A stretch of 64,000 nucleotides of DNA from an uncultured Actinomycetota bacterium. GTDB taxonomy: Bacteria; Actinomycetota; Actinomycetes; JAFAQI01. Positions 21,899 to 33,479 of this stretch are shown one piece after another (the stretch's first letter is position 1; each line of letters starts with the position of its first letter). The position numbers and the translations under genes are program-made. The stretch is from positions 1,408,001 to 1,472,000 of the forward strand of contig CAVYQE010000001.1 in assembly GCA_963770565.1 (NCBI GenBank), given 5' to 3'. Under the pieces are notes generated by a model. That model saw nothing but the letters and a program-made list of their open reading frames with translations, was not told where the DNA came from and ran no database searches.

Positions 21899-22854
21899 CC
21901 CGAGCGCCTATGTTCGGCCCGGACGTGACCTTCCTCGGGGTCGATCGCTGCGACCTCGCGGACGGCGCGTCGTTCGCCGGCGCCGACATCGTCATCATCG
22001 GCGCGCCGTTCGACAGCGGGACGTCGTACCGGTCGGGAGCCCGGTTCGGCCCGATGGCGATCCGGTCGACCGACTACCTCCCGCACGACGGCTCGCGGCC
22101 GCACCTGGCCCTCGGCGTCGATCCGCTGAAGGACCTGCGGGTGGTCGATGCCGGCGACATCGAGATGCCGCCGACCGAGACCGAGCTCTCGCTCAACCGG
22201 CTCGAGGACGCGGTCTTTGCGGTGGCCGCGGCCGGCGCGATCCCGGTGATCCTCGGCGGCGACCACACGATCGCCTGGCCGGACATCGCGGGCGTCGCCC
22301 GCCACCTCGGCGCCGGCCGAGTGTCGGTGATCCACTTCGACGCGCACGCCGACACCGGCGAGGAGCAGTGGGGATCGCTCTACGGCCACGGCACGCCGAT
22401 GCGCCGGCTGATCGAGAGCGGGTCGGCGCGCGGCGACCGGTTCCTGCAGGTCGGTCTGCGGGGCTACTGGCCCGAGCCGCCGACGCTGGCCTGGATGGCC
22501 GAGCAGGGCATGCGCTGGTTCGAGATGACCGAGGTGGTCGAGCGCGGCCTCGACGCCTGCCTCGACGAGGCCGAAACGGTCGCCCTCGACGACTGCGACG
22601 GCGTCTTCCTCTCGATCGATGTGGACGTCGTCGACCCCGGGATGGCGCCCGGCACCGGAACCCCCGAGCCGGGCGGCCTGACCGGCCGCCAACTGCTCGA
22701 CGCGGTCCGGCGGCTCGCGATCCGGCTGCCGATCGTCGGGATCGACGTCGTGGAGGTGGCGCCCGCCTATGACAGCGCGGACGTCACCGCCATGCTGGCC
22801 AACCGGGTCGTGCTCGAGGTGCTGTCCGGGATCGCGGTCCGCCGCCGGGGTTAG
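21895..22854 (+). CDS. speB: Agmatinase / ureohydrolase
   Basis: GARFGP, GGDHTI, DAHAD, HGTP, SIDVDVVDP..APGTGTPEPGG. Confidence 0.85.
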   Translation: MTRAPMFGPDVTFLGVDRCDLADGASFAGADIVIIGAPFDSGTSYRSGARFGPMAIRSTDYLPHDGSRPHLALGVDPLKDLRVVDAGDIEMPPTETELSLNRLEDAVFAVAAAGAIPVILGGDHTIAWPDIAGVARHLGAGRVSVIHFDAHADTGEEQWGSLYGHGTPMRRLIESGSARGDRFLQVGLRGYWPEPPTLAWMAEQGMRWFEMTEVVERGLDACLDEAETVALDDCDGVFLSIDVDVVDPGMAPGTGTPEPGGLTGRQLLDAVRRLAIRLPIVGIDVVEVAPAYDSADVTAMLANRVVLEVLSGIAVRRRG

Positions 22855-24563
22855 TGCTCGGCCTCGTCCACGCCCGGGACCGGGGTCGGGCCGGTCGGCT
22901 CGTCGTACTCCGGCGGCACCAGCGGCATGTCGGCCGGGACGTCGTCCCTGCCGATCTGCGGCGGGTAGCCGGCCGGCACGCCGGTGACCTCGGGGACCAG
23001 GGTCGGCGTATGCACGTTCAGCACCTCGCCGCGGAAGAATGCCGGTCGGGCGACTCCGTAGGTCACCATCGCGATCAGGCCGACCAGCCCGGCCCCGACG
23101 ACCAGCACCGCGACACCGCCGACCGCCCAGTGCGGCGGGAACGTCATCTGCCAGCCGGTGAAGCTTGCTTCGGTCGGGTTGTAGTTCTTCGCGTACGGGT
23201 TGAGCCAGTCGAGATAGGCGCTCCAGCCCATCACGATGAACAGGATGACGCCGCCGGTCACCGGGATGATGCCCTGCATGAACAGGTCACGGGTGTTCTT
23301 CGTCAGGGTCTTGCGGTACCACCAGGCGCAGGCGAAACCGGTGGTGCCGTAGTAGAGCGCGATGAAAACGCCGCAGGCGGTCACCGAGTCGCTGATGACC
23401 TGGCCACCCGACAGGTAGTTCATGATCACGTAGAGCACCGCGGAGACCGCGCCCATCGCGACGGTCGAGTTGGTCGGGGTCAGGTGCCGCTTGTGGATCT
23501 TGGCGAACGTGGTCGGGATCGCGCGGTAGACCGCCATCGCCAGCGACGTCCGCGCGGTGGGCAGGATCGTCGTCTGGGTGGACGCCGCGGCCGAGCTCAG
23601 CACCATCAGCAGCAGCAGCTTGACGAAGATGGTGCCGACCGAGGAGTGGCCGAAGACCGCCCGCCCGAGCACGTTGAGCACGTCGTTCGAGTGGTCCGGG
23701 TTGCCGAGACCGATTCCGTGGACTCCGACACCGGCGAAGGACTGCGCAGCCAGGATGACCACCGCGTAGATCGCGAGCAGCAGGACGGTAGAGATCACCG
23801 CCGCGCGCCCAGGGGTGGTCGCCGGGTCCTTGGTCTCCTCGTTGACCGTGACCGCGGTGTCCCAGCCCCAGTAGATGAAGATCATCAGGATCAGGCCGGC
23901 CACGAAGGCCGAGACGCTGGGGATGTTGAACGGGTTGAACCAGCTCCACGACGGGTCGACGTGGGTCGGCCCGGCGTGGCCGGTCCCGACCTTGATCAGG
24001 GCGACCGCGGCGAAGACGATCAGCATGCCGGCCTCGATCGCCAGCAGGCCCTTCTGCATGTTCGCCGAGACCTCGATCCCGCGGTAGCAGATGTAGGTCA
24101 TCAGCGCGATCCAGATCAACCCGACCAGCAGCACCCAGCCACTCGCCGCGTTGTCGCCGATCCCGTTCGCGCCGAACAGCAGGAAGACGTACTGACCGGC
24201 GATCTGGGCCAGGCTGGCCATGATCAGCACGTCGGAGGCGATGATCCCCCAGCCGCCCATGTACCAGCCGGCCCGCGGGCCGAACATCCGGGTGGCCCAG
24301 GTGAAGGTGGTGCCGCAGTCCGGGTCCTGCTTGTTCAGCTCGCTGTAGCCGACCGAGATCATCCACATCGGGATGAAGGCGAGGACCGCCACGACGGCGG
24401 ACTGAAGCCCGACGAAGGCGACGATGAAGCCGAGCGTCGCGGCCAGGCTGTAGGCCGGCGCGGTCGAGGCGACGCCGACGACCACGGTCGACCAGAGGCC
24501 GAGGGTGCCGCCCTTCAGACCCTTGCCGGTCGGCGATTCCGTCGAGGTAACGGTGGCTGACAT
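22851..24563 (-). CDS. APC-family amino acid/polyamine permease
   Basis: About 12 hydrophobic segments; ASTAPAYS, DPDCGTTFTW, FIYWGWD...VNEE. Confidence 0.88.
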   Translation of the reverse strand: MSATVTSTESPTGKGLKGGTLGLWSTVVVGVASTAPAYSLAATLGFIVAFVGLQSAVVAVLAFIPMWMISVGYSELNKQDPDCGTTFTWATRMFGPRAGWYMGGWGIIASDVLIMASLAQIAGQYVFLLFGANGIGDNAASGWVLLVGLIWIALMTYICYRGIEVSANMQKGLLAIEAGMLIVFAAVALIKVGTGHAGPTHVDPSWSWFNPFNIPSVSAFVAGLILMIFIYWGWDTAVTVNEETKDPATTPGRAAVISTVLLLAIYAVVILAAQSFAGVGVHGIGLGNPDHSNDVLNVLGRAVFGHSSVGTIFVKLLLLMVLSSAAASTQTTILPTARTSLAMAVYRAIPTTFAKIHKRHLTPTNSTVAMGAVSAVLYVIMNYLSGGQVISDSVTACGVFIALYYGTTGFACAWWYRKTLTKNTRDLFMQGIIPVTGGVILFIVMGWSAYLDWLNPYAKNYNPTEASFTGWQMTFPPHWAVGGVAVLVVGAGLVGLIAMVTYGVARPAFFRGEVLNVHTPTLVPEVTGVPAGYPPQIGRDDVPADMPLVPPEYDEPTGPTPVPGVDEAEH

Positions 24564-24686
24564 CCCATGCCCTCCCAGAGGTGTAGATGAAGGTTCTCGC
24601 ACTAAACGGGGGTCTTGGCAAGCGTTTCCGTCGAAAAAGGCCCCTCGAACCTCGTATTCCGTCGCGGTCGGCGCTAATGTGCGCCA

Positions 24687-25904
24687 ATGCGAGCAGTCAT
24701 CCTCGGGTCGGGCGGGGTCGGCGCCGCGGCCGCCCGGATCGCCAAGAGCCGCGAGTTCCTCACCTCGGTCGTGCTGGCCGACTACGACGAGGAGCGGGCC
24801 AAGTCCGCCGCGGCGGCGACCGGCGACCCGCGGTTCAGCGGGGTGCAGGTCGACGCCAGCGACGCGAGTGCAGTCGCGGAGCTCCTCAAGACCACGAAGG
24901 CCGACGCGGTCCTGAATGCTTGCGACCCCCGCTTCGTGATGCCGATCTTCGACGCCGCGTTCGAGTCCGGTACGACGTACCTGGACATGGCGATGTCGCT
25001 CTCGCACGCCCATCCCGACGAGCCGTACGCGAAGACCGGCGTGATGCTCGGCGACGAGCAGTTCGCGAGAGCGGCCGAGTGGGAGAGCCGCGGCGTGTTC
25101 GCGCTGGCCGGGATCGGCGTCGAGCCCGGCCTCTCGGACATCTTCGCGCGCTATGCCGCCGACCAGCTGTTCTCCTCGATCGACGAGCTCGGGGTGCGCG
25201 ACGGCGCCAACCTGGTGGTCGAGGGCTACGACTTCGCGCCGACCTTCTCGATCTGGACCACGATCGAGGAGTGCCTGAACCCGCCGGTGATCTGGGAGAA
25301 GGGCCGGGGCTGGTTCACCACGCCGCCGTTCAGCGAGCCGGAGGTCTTCGACTTCCCGGAGGGAATCGGCCCGGTCGAGTGCGTCAACGTCGAGCACGAG
25401 GAAGTGCTCCTGATGCCACGCTGGATCGACGCCAACCGGGTCACCTTCAAGTACGGCCTCGGCGACGAGTTCATCAACGTCCTGCGCACGCTGCACAAGC
25501 TCGGCCTCGACTCGATCAAGCCGGTCAACGTCGGCGGCACCTCGGTGTCACCGCGGGACGTCGTCGCGGCCTGCCTGCCCAACCCGGCGACCCTCGGCGA
25601 CCAGATGCGCGGCCGGACCTGCGCCGGCACGCTCGTCACCGGCACCGGTAAGGACGGCAACCCGCGCGAGGTCTACCTCTACCAGGTGGCGGACAACGAG
25701 ACCTGTATGCGCGAGTGGGGCTCCCAGGCGGTGGTGTGGCAGACCGCGGTCAACCCGATCGTGGCGATGGAGCTGATCGACGCGGGCACCTGGTCGGGTG
25801 CCGGCGTACTCGGGCCGGAAGCGCTCGACCCGCAGCCGTTCCTCGACCTGCTGCCCGACTACGGCGCGCCCTGGGGAATGGTCGAGCGCACCCCGCGCGG
25901 CTAA
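24687..25904 (+). CDS. Saccharopine dehydrogenase-like oxidoreductase (carboxyspermidine dehydrogenase/homospermidine synthase superfamily)
   Basis: GSGGVG Rossmann motif, YLDMA, G.EPG, HEEV. Confidence 0.82.
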   Translation: MRAVILGSGGVGAAAARIAKSREFLTSVVLADYDEERAKSAAAATGDPRFSGVQVDASDASAVAELLKTTKADAVLNACDPRFVMPIFDAAFESGTTYLDMAMSLSHAHPDEPYAKTGVMLGDEQFARAAEWESRGVFALAGIGVEPGLSDIFARYAADQLFSSIDELGVRDGANLVVEGYDFAPTFSIWTTIEECLNPPVIWEKGRGWFTTPPFSEPEVFDFPEGIGPVECVNVEHEEVLLMPRWIDANRVTFKYGLGDEFINVLRTLHKLGLDSIKPVNVGGTSVSPRDVVAACLPNPATLGDQMRGRTCAGTLVTGTGKDGNPREVYLYQVADNETCMREWGSQAVVWQTAVNPIVAMELIDAGTWSGAGVLGPEALDPQPFLDLLPDYGAPWGMVERTPRG

Positions 25905-27229
25905 GCCTGCTGGGCGAAGGCCTTCTCGAGCACGCCGAGCGCGTCGTCGAGGAGCTCGTCGGAGATCACCAGCGGCGGCAGGAAGCGCAGCACGTTGCCG
26001 TAGCTGCCCGCGGTAAGGACCAGGACGCCGTCAGCGTGGCAGGCCGCGGCCACCCGCTTCGTCAGGTCGGCGTCCGGGGTGATCCCGTCGGCCTCGACCA
26101 GCTCGATCGCGATCATCGCGCCCCGGCCGCGCACCTCACCGATGGCGGGGTGGCACGCCGCCAGGGCCTGCAGCCGGGCGGTCATCAGCGTGCCGATCGC
26201 CGTGGCCCGCTCGAGCAGGCCGTCCGCCTCGATCGTCTCGATCGCAGCGAGCGCCGCAGCGCATGACAGCGGGTTGCCACCGAACGTGCCGCCGAGCCCG
26301 CCGGCGTGAACCTGGTCGACCAGCTCGGCGCGCGCGGTGACACCCGCGATCGGCAGGCCGCCGCCGAGACCCTTGGCGGTCGCGACGAGGTCGGGCACGA
26401 CGCCCTCGTGCTCGCAGGCGAACCACGCCCCGGTGCGCGCGATCCCGGTCTGCACCTCGTCGGCGACCAGGAGGGCTCCGTTGTCGTGGCACCAGTTGGC
26501 GAGACCGTTCAGCCAGCCTGGCTCCGGCACGATGAACCCGCCCTCGCCGGCGATCGGCTCGACCACGATGCAGGCGATGTTGGTCGCGCCGACGGTCTTG
26601 TCGAGGAAGGCCAGGGTCGAGGCCAGGTCGCCGGTGCCGCGGAAGGGATAGGAGTACTGCGCCCGGTAGACCTCGGGAGCGAACGGGCCGAAGCCCTGCT
26701 TGTAGGGCATCACCTTGCCGGTGAGGCTCATGCCGAGCAGGGTGCGGCCGTGGAAGCCGTGATCGAACGCCACCACCGCGTCGCGCCCGGTGACGTAGCG
26801 GGCGATCTTGACGGTGTTCTCCACCGCTTCCGCGCCGGAGTTGACCAGGTACGACCGCTTGTCGTGGTCTCCCGGCGTCAAGCTGTTGAGCCGCTCGCAG
26901 ACCTCGATGTAGGACTCGTACGGCGTGACCTGGAAGCAGGTGTGGGTGAACCGCTCGACCTGCTCGGTGACCGCACTGACCACGCGGGGCGCGGCCGAGC
27001 CGACCGTCGTGACCGCGATGCCGGCGGCGAGGTCGATGAAGCGGTTGCCGTCGACGTCCTCGACGATGCCGCCCGAGGCGCGCACCGCGAAGACCGGCAG
27101 CGTGGTGCCGACCGCGGTGGGCAGCGCGGCCGAACGGCGGGCCATCAGCGCCTGCGAGTTCGGGCCGGGCACCGCGGTTGCCAGCCGGCGTTGCTGCGGA
27201 AGGGCCTCGGGCGCTGCGGAGTCAGCCAT
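25901..27229 (-). CDS. gabT: 4-aminobutyrate aminotransferase
   Basis: [48 protein letters not shown]. Confidence 0.92.
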   Translation of the reverse strand: MADSAAPEALPQQRRLATAVPGPNSQALMARRSAALPTAVGTTLPVFAVRASGGIVEDVDGNRFIDLAAGIAVTTVGSAAPRVVSAVTEQVERFTHTCFQVTPYESYIEVCERLNSLTPGDHDKRSYLVNSGAEAVENTVKIARYVTGRDAVVAFDHGFHGRTLLGMSLTGKVMPYKQGFGPFAPEVYRAQYSYPFRGTGDLASTLAFLDKTVGATNIACIVVEPIAGEGGFIVPEPGWLNGLANWCHDNGALLVADEVQTGIARTGAWFACEHEGVVPDLVATAKGLGGGLPIAGVTARAELVDQVHAGGLGGTFGGNPLSCAAALAAIETIEADGLLERATAIGTLMTARLQALAACHPAIGEVRGRGAMIAIELVEADGITPDADLTKRVAAACHADGVLVLTAGSYGNVLRFLPPLVISDELLDDALGVLEKAFAQQA

Positions 27230-27295
27230 GCGGACGAGGATATCGCCGCTTCTCGTGCTCAGCGATCCCTCAGCCGATCAGCGACAATGGAGCCT

Positions 27296-28495
27296 GTGAC
27301 CCGCGATGTCGTACTGCTCGGGTCGACCGGATCGGTCGGCACCCAGGCGATCGATGTCGTGCGCCGCAACCCGGATCGGTTCCGGGTGGTCGGGATCGCA
27401 GCCGGTGGCGAACGCCCTGATCTGCTTGCCGATCAGGCGCTGGACCTGGGCGTCGAGGTGGTCGGCGTCGCGAAGCCGCAGGCGCTGGAAGACCTCCAGC
27501 TCGCGCTGTATGCGCAGGCGCAACGGCGCGGCTTCAGCCGCGGCGAGTTCACCGTGCCCAAGCTGCTGGCCGGGTCGGATGCGGCCGAGCAGGTGGCCGC
27601 CTGGCCGTGCGACGTCGTCCTGAACGGGATGACCGGGTCGGTCGGACTCGGCCCGACCCTCGCCGCGCTCGACGCCGGCCGGGTCCTCGCGCTGGCCAAC
27701 AAGGAGTCGCTGATCGCCGGCGGGTCGCTGGTCACCTCCCGGGCCCGGCCGGGTCAGATCGTGCCGGTCGACTCCGAGCACTCCGCGATCGCGCAATGCC
27801 TTCGGTCGGGGACGCGTGGCGAGGTCAGGCGCCTGGTGTTGACCGCGAGCGGGGGCCCGTTCCGCGGTAAGACCAGCGACCAGCTACGCGAGGTCACGCT
27901 GGCCGAGGCGCTCGCCCACCCGACCTGGGACATGGGCCCGGTGATCACGGTCAACTCGGCCACCCTGGTCAACAAAGGGCTGGAGCTGATCGAGGCGCAC
28001 TGGCTGTTCGACGTCGACTTCGATGCGATCGACGTGGTCGTCCACCCGCAGTCGGTCGTGCACTCGATGGTCGAGTACGTCGACGGCTCCACGATCGCCC
28101 AGGCCAGCCCGCCGGACATGCACCTGCCGATCGCGCTCGCGCTCGCCTGGCCGGACCGAGTGCCCGACGCCGCGTCGGCGGTGGACTGGACCGCGTCGCC
28201 GACGTGGACCTTCGAGCCGCTGGACAACACGGCGTTCCCGGCGGTTGAGCTCGCCCGTGCGGCCGGCCAGGCCGGCGGTACCGCGCCCGCTGTCTACAAC
28301 GCGGCCAACGAGGAGGCGGTGGCGGCGTTCGTGGCCGGCACGCTGCCGTTCCTCGGGATCGTCGACACGGTGGCCGAGGTGGTCGGCAGCGCGGTGAACC
28401 TCACGAGGGTGACCTCCGCTGCCGAAGTAAAGGAAGCAGAGGACTGGGCCAGGGGCCGGGTCCACGAGCTCGTCGCGAAGGAGACGGCCAGGTGA
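27296..28495 (+). CDS. dxr: 1-deoxy-D-xylulose-5-phosphate reductoisomerase
   Basis: [36 protein letters not shown]. Confidence 0.97.
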   Translation: MTRDVVLLGSTGSVGTQAIDVVRRNPDRFRVVGIAAGGERPDLLADQALDLGVEVVGVAKPQALEDLQLALYAQAQRRGFSRGEFTVPKLLAGSDAAEQVAAWPCDVVLNGMTGSVGLGPTLAALDAGRVLALANKESLIAGGSLVTSRARPGQIVPVDSEHSAIAQCLRSGTRGEVRRLVLTASGGPFRGKTSDQLREVTLAEALAHPTWDMGPVITVNSATLVNKGLELIEAHWLFDVDFDAIDVVVHPQSVVHSMVEYVDGSTIAQASPPDMHLPIALALAWPDRVPDAASAVDWTASPTWTFEPLDNTAFPAVELARAAGQAGGTAPAVYNAANEEAVAAFVAGTLPFLGIVDTVAEVVGSAVNLTRVTSAAEVKEAEDWARGRVHELVAKETAR

Positions 28496-29676
28496 GCTAC
28501 GCGCTCGGCGTGATCGCCTTCTCCTTCGCGTTGCTGCTGTCGGTGATGCTGCACGAAGCCGGCCACTTCGCGACCGCGAAGGCCTTCGGCATGAAGGCGT
28601 CCCGGTTCTTCGTGGGTTTCGGGCCCACCCTGTGGTCGTTCAAGCGCGGCGAGACCGAGTACGGCATCAAGGCGATCCCGGCCGGCGGCTTCGTGAAGAT
28701 CGAGGGAATGACGGCGCTGGAGGACATCGATCCGGCCGACGCCGACCGCGCCTTCTATAAGCAGCCGGCCGGCAAGCGCACGATCGTGCTCTGTGCGGGG
28801 TCGTTCGTCCACTTCGTGATCGCGATCCTCCTGGTCTTCGGCATTCTCGCGGCGACCGGACAGGACCCGATCCGTACCGACGGGTTCTCGATCGCCGCGG
28901 TCAGCAACTGCGTCACGTCGGCGCCGAGCGGGGTGTGCAAGCCGGGCGACCGGCGCGCTCCCGCACTCGGGGTGCTGCATGCCGGTGACCGGCTGATCAG
29001 CATCAATGGAGTGCCGATCAACAAATCCGGCGAGAACTTCGTCAACATCCTGCGGGGCAGCCCAGGCAAGGCGGTGTCGATCACGTTCATTCGCGACGGT
29101 GCCCGCCGGACGGTGTCGCTCACCCCGCTGCCGGTCGTGGTCAAGGGCAAGACCCAGGGCCGGATCGGAGTCGCAGAGGAGCAGGACGCGGCGCACGTGA
29201 GCGTCGCCGGGGCGATCCCGCGGACCTTCGGCGTGCTCGGCGACTTCATCACCTCGACCGGGAGCGCCATCGGCGGGCTGCCGCACGAAGTTGCGCAGAT
29301 CGTCGAGGGAAAGCCGCGCGGCCAGAACGGTGCGGCAAGCGTGGTCGACGTCGCCCGGGTCAGCGGGCAGATCAGCGCCTCCGGCGCGTCGGTCGGCGAC
29401 ATCATCGCCTCGCTGCTGCTGCTGGTCGCTGAGCTCAACTTGTTCGTCGGGCTGTTCAACCTGTTGCCGTTGCTGCCGCTGGACGGCGGGCATGTCGGCA
29501 TTCTCGTCTTCGAGCAGGCGCGAACCCGGATCTACAAGGCGATCGGCCGCCGCGATCCCGGCCGCGTGGACATCATGAAGGTGCTGCCCCTGACTTACGC
29601 TGTGGTTGCGGCCTTCGTGGGGCTCTCGTTGATCTTGCTCTACGCCGGGATCGTGAACCCGATTCGCCTGCAGTAG
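28492..29676 (+). CDS. rip1: Site-2 (M50) zinc metalloprotease, RseP/Rip1 type
   Basis: HEAGH, PDZ-like region, [11 protein letters not shown]; lies between dxr and ispG. Confidence 0.88.
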   Translation: MSYALGVIAFSFALLLSVMLHEAGHFATAKAFGMKASRFFVGFGPTLWSFKRGETEYGIKAIPAGGFVKIEGMTALEDIDPADADRAFYKQPAGKRTIVLCAGSFVHFVIAILLVFGILAATGQDPIRTDGFSIAAVSNCVTSAPSGVCKPGDRRAPALGVLHAGDRLISINGVPINKSGENFVNILRGSPGKAVSITFIRDGARRTVSLTPLPVVVKGKTQGRIGVAEEQDAAHVSVAGAIPRTFGVLGDFITSTGSAIGGLPHEVAQIVEGKPRGQNGAASVVDVARVSGQISASGASVGDIIASLLLLVAELNLFVGLFNLLPLLPLDGGHVGILVFEQARTRIYKAIGRRDPGRVDIMKVLPLTYAVVAAFVGLSLILLYAGIVNPIRLQ

Positions 29677-29693
29677 GAGAAGAAGCACCCGCC

Positions 29694-30851
29694 ATGACCT
29701 CGGTCTCGCTCGGAATGCCGGAGCTGCCGCCCGCCTCGCTCGCCACCCGCCGGGTGGCGCGAGAGATCCACGTCGGCAAGGTTGCCGTAGGTGGCGGCGC
29801 GCCGGTCAGCGTGCAGTCGATGACCACCACGAAGACGACCGACGTCGACGCAACCCTGCAGCAGATCGCCGAGCTGACCGCGTCCGGCTGCCAGATCGTG
29901 CGGGTCGCGGTGCCGAGCCAGGACGACGCGGACGCGCTGCCGGAGATCGCCAAGCACTCGCAGATCCCGGTCATCGCGGACATCCACTTCCAGCCTCGCT
30001 ACATCTTCGCCGCGATCGATGCCGGCTGCGCCGCGGTCCGGGTCAACCCGGGCAACATCAAGGAGTTCGACGGCCGGGTCCGTGACGTCGCGCTGGCCGC
30101 GAAGTCGGCCGGCATCCCGATCCGGATCGGGGTCAACGCCGGCTCGCTCGACAAGCGCTTCCTCGACAAGTACGGCGGCCCGCGGCCCGAGGCACTGGTC
30201 GAGAGCGCGCTGTGGGAGTGCTCGCTGTTCGAGGCGCACGACTTCAGCGACATCAAGATCTCGGTCAAGCACCACGATCCGGTCGTGATGGTGTCGGCGT
30301 ACCGGATGTTGGCGCAGCGGTGCGACTACCCGCTGCACCTCGGCGTCACCGAGGCCGGGCCGCTGTTCCAGGGCACGATCAAGTCGGCGGTCGCGTTCGG
30401 GGCGCTGCTCGCCGAGGGGATCGGCGACACGATCCGGGTGTCGCTGTCCGCGCCGCCGGTCGAGGAGGTCAAGGTCGGTATCGCGATCCTGGAGTCGCTC
30501 GGCCTGCGCGAGCGCCGGCTGGAGATCGTCTCGTGCCCGTCGTGCGGGCGGGCCCAGGTCGACGTCTACACCCTCGCTGAGCAGGTCCAGGCCGGGCTCG
30601 AGGGCATGACCGTGCCGCTCCGGGTCGCCGTCATGGGCTGTGTCGTAAACGGCCCGGGGGAGGCCCGCGAGGCCGACCTCGGGGTCGCATCCGGCAACGG
30701 CAAGGGCCAGATCTTCGTCAAGGGCGAGGTCATCAAGACCGTGCCGGAGTCGCAGATCGTGGAGACGCTGATCGAGGAAGCGCTGCGGATCGCGGAGCAG
30801 ATGGAGTCGGCCGGGCAGGAGAGCGGCGAGCCAAGCGTGTCGGTCGGCTGA
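29694..30851 (+). CDS. ispG: HMBPP synthase
   Basis: [44 protein letters not shown]. Confidence 0.97.
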   Translation: MTSVSLGMPELPPASLATRRVAREIHVGKVAVGGGAPVSVQSMTTTKTTDVDATLQQIAELTASGCQIVRVAVPSQDDADALPEIAKHSQIPVIADIHFQPRYIFAAIDAGCAAVRVNPGNIKEFDGRVRDVALAAKSAGIPIRIGVNAGSLDKRFLDKYGGPRPEALVESALWECSLFEAHDFSDIKISVKHHDPVVMVSAYRMLAQRCDYPLHLGVTEAGPLFQGTIKSAVAFGALLAEGIGDTIRVSLSAPPVEEVKVGIAILESLGLRERRLEIVSCPSCGRAQVDVYTLAEQVQAGLEGMTVPLRVAVMGCVVNGPGEAREADLGVASGNGKGQIFVKGEVIKTVPESQIVETLIEEALRIAEQMESAGQESGEPSVSVG

Positions 30852-30852
30852 G

Positions 30853-31713
30853 GTGCCTCGCAACGCGACGGCGGTGCAGCGCGGCATCGTCCGTCTGCTC
30901 GACGACCGCGACGTGCCGGCGGTGCTGAGCGTGCTCGGCCGCGACCCGATCGGCAACGTCTTCGTGACCTCCCGGGTCGAGGCGGCCGGTCTCGACCCGT
31001 CGCGGCTCGGTGCGCAGGTGTGGGGCTACGACCGCGGTCGCGAGCTGAGCGCCCTCTGCTACGCCGGCGCCAACCTGATCCCGGTCGGTAACGACACCGA
31101 AGCACTCAGCGCATTCGCGTGGTACGCGGCCAGGCAGGGCCGGCGCTGTTCCTCGATCGTCGGGCCGGCGTCGGCGGTCAGCATCATGTGGGAGGTGCTG
31201 CGGCAGTCCTGGGGGCCGGCCCGGGAGGCGCGGCTGCGCCAGCCGTTGATGGTCACGACCACACCGCCGGCGGTCGACCCGGACACCGCGGTCCGTCCGG
31301 TCCGGCTCGACGAGATCGACGTCCTGCTGCCGGCCAGCATCGCGATGTTCACCGAGGAGGTCGGTGTCTCTCCGATCGTCGGCGATGGCGGCGCGCTATA
31401 CCGGAGCCGGATCCGCGAGCTGATCGTGGCGCGCCGCGCGTTCGCTCGCATCGACGACGGCCGGATCGTGTTCAAGGCCGAGGTCGGCGCGGTCACCCGC
31501 GCGGCCTGCCAGGTGCAGGGCGTCTGGGTCGAGCCTGGGCTGCGCGGACGCGGCCTGTCGGTCACCGGGATGGCTGCGGTCGTGGCGGCCTGCCTTCGTG
31601 ACATCGCGCCCGCAGTCTCGTTGTATGTCAACGACTTCAACGCGCCCGCCCGCCGGTCGTACGAGCGAGTCGGCTTCGCCCAGGTGGGGACCTTCGCCTC
31701 GATAATGTTCTGA
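30853..31713 (+). CDS. GNAT acetyltransferase with DUF4081-type N-terminus
   Basis: GANLIP, RRCSSIVG, MFTEEVGVSP, FKAEVG, QGVWV, VSLYVNDFN; conserved position after ispG. Confidence 0.85.
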   Translation: MPRNATAVQRGIVRLLDDRDVPAVLSVLGRDPIGNVFVTSRVEAAGLDPSRLGAQVWGYDRGRELSALCYAGANLIPVGNDTEALSAFAWYAARQGRRCSSIVGPASAVSIMWEVLRQSWGPAREARLRQPLMVTTTPPAVDPDTAVRPVRLDEIDVLLPASIAMFTEEVGVSPIVGDGGALYRSRIRELIVARRAFARIDDGRIVFKAEVGAVTRAACQVQGVWVEPGLRGRGLSVTGMAAVVAACLRDIAPAVSLYVNDFNAPARRSYERVGFAQVGTFASIMF

Positions 31714-31745
31714 CGACCCAATCCGCCCCCCGATAGCCTGGCCCG

Positions 31746-33479
31746 ATGGTCGCCCGGATGTCGTCTCTGTTCGTCCGAACCCTGCGCGACGACCCGGCGG
31801 ACGCCGAACTGCCGAGCCACCGCCTGTTGGTCCGGGCCGGCTACATCCGCCGCGTGTCGCCCGGCGTGTATTCCTGGCTGCCGCTCGGCAAGCAGATCCT
31901 CGACAACATCGCGGGCGTCGTGCGCGAAGAGATGGTGCGGATGGGCGGGCAGGAGGTGCTCTTCCCGGCGCTGATCCCGCGCGAGCTCTACGAGGAGAGC
32001 GGTCGCTGGACCGAGTACGGCGACACCCTGTTCCGCCTGCAGGACCGCAAGGGCGCCGACCATCTGCTCGGCCCGACCCACGAGGAGCTGTTCACCCTGC
32101 TCGTGAAGGGCGAGCTGGCGTCGTACCGGGACTATCCGCTCACGCTGTTCCAGATCCAGAACAAGTACCGCGACGAGGCCCGCCCGCGTGCGGGCCTGCT
32201 GCGCGGCCGCGAGTTCGTGATGAAGGACTCCTACTCCTTCGACCTCGACGACGCCGGCCTGCAGGCTTCCTACGACGCGCACCGCGCGACCTACCAGCGG
32301 ATCTTCGACCGGCTCGGTCTCGACTACCGGATCGCGTTCGCCACCTCAGGCGCGATGGGCGGCTCGGCGAGCGAGGAGTTCCTCGCTCCCGCCGAGTACG
32401 GCGAGGACACGTTCGTACAGTGCGAGAACTGCGACTACACCGCCAACACCGAAGCGGTGGAGATCGCAGTGCCCGACAAGGACGACCCGTCCCGGCATCC
32501 CGCAAGCGTCGTGCTCGACACTCCGGACACCCCCACGATCGACACCCTGGTCGAGCGGCTCAACACCCTCGACCTCGGCCGGGAGTTCGGCGCCGCGGAC
32601 ACGTTGAAGAACGTCGTGCTCAAGGCCCGAATGCCCGGGCAGGACTGGGAGCTGTTGATCGTCGGAGTTCCCGGCGACCGCGAGGTCGACCTGAAGCGGA
32701 TCGGTGGCCAGCTCGAGCCGGTCGAGGTCGACGTCGCCGACAAGACCGACTTCGAGCGGCACCCCGAGCTGACCCAGGGCTACATCGGGCCGCAGCGGCT
32801 GGCCGACTGGGGGATCCGCTACGTCGTCGACCCGGTCGTCGTACCGGGGAGTGCCTGGGTGACCGGCGCGAACGAGCCCGGCAAGCACGCCGCGTTCGTC
32901 GTCCGCGGTCGCGACTTCGAGCCGGCCGGCGAGCTCGGCGCGGTCGAGATCCGCGACGGCGACCGGTGCGCCCGCTGCGGCGGCATCTTGCAGATCGCCC
33001 GGGGGATCGAGATCGGGCACATCTTCCAGCTCGGCCGCAAGTACGCCGACACCTTTTCGCTCGACGCGCAGGGGCCGGACGGCGAGGCGATCCGGATCAC
33101 GATGGGCTCTTACGGCATCGGGGTCTCGCGCGCGGTCGCCGCGGTCGCCGAGCAGACCCTCGACGGTTCCGGGCTGTGCTGGCCGCCATCGATCGCCCCG
33201 TACGACGTCCACATCGTCCCGGTCGGCCGCGGCAGCGAGCAGCTGGACGCTGCGAGCGACCTTGCCGACGAGCTGGAGGCCGCCGGCCACAAGATCCTCC
33301 TCGACGACCGCGACAGCTCGGCCGGGGAGAAGTTCGCCGACGCCGACCTGATCGGTGTCCCCACGATCGTGATCGTCGGCAAGGGCCTGGCCGAGGGAAA
33401 CGTGGAGGTCAAGGACCGGCGAAGCGGCGAGCGCCAGGTGGTCGCCCTCGACTCCGTCATCGGCGTGCTCGCTTCGTGA
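31746..33479 (+). CDS. proS: Proline--tRNA ligase
   Basis: [54 protein letters not shown]. Confidence 0.97.
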   Translation: MVARMSSLFVRTLRDDPADAELPSHRLLVRAGYIRRVSPGVYSWLPLGKQILDNIAGVVREEMVRMGGQEVLFPALIPRELYEESGRWTEYGDTLFRLQDRKGADHLLGPTHEELFTLLVKGELASYRDYPLTLFQIQNKYRDEARPRAGLLRGREFVMKDSYSFDLDDAGLQASYDAHRATYQRIFDRLGLDYRIAFATSGAMGGSASEEFLAPAEYGEDTFVQCENCDYTANTEAVEIAVPDKDDPSRHPASVVLDTPDTPTIDTLVERLNTLDLGREFGAADTLKNVVLKARMPGQDWELLIVGVPGDREVDLKRIGGQLEPVEVDVADKTDFERHPELTQGYIGPQRLADWGIRYVVDPVVVPGSAWVTGANEPGKHAAFVVRGRDFEPAGELGAVEIRDGDRCARCGGILQIARGIEIGHIFQLGRKYADTFSLDAQGPDGEAIRITMGSYGIGVSRAVAAVAEQTLDGSGLCWPPSIAPYDVHIVPVGRGSEQLDAASDLADELEAAGHKILLDDRDSSAGEKFADADLIGVPTIVIVGKGLAEGNVEVKDRRSGERQVVALDSVIGVLAS

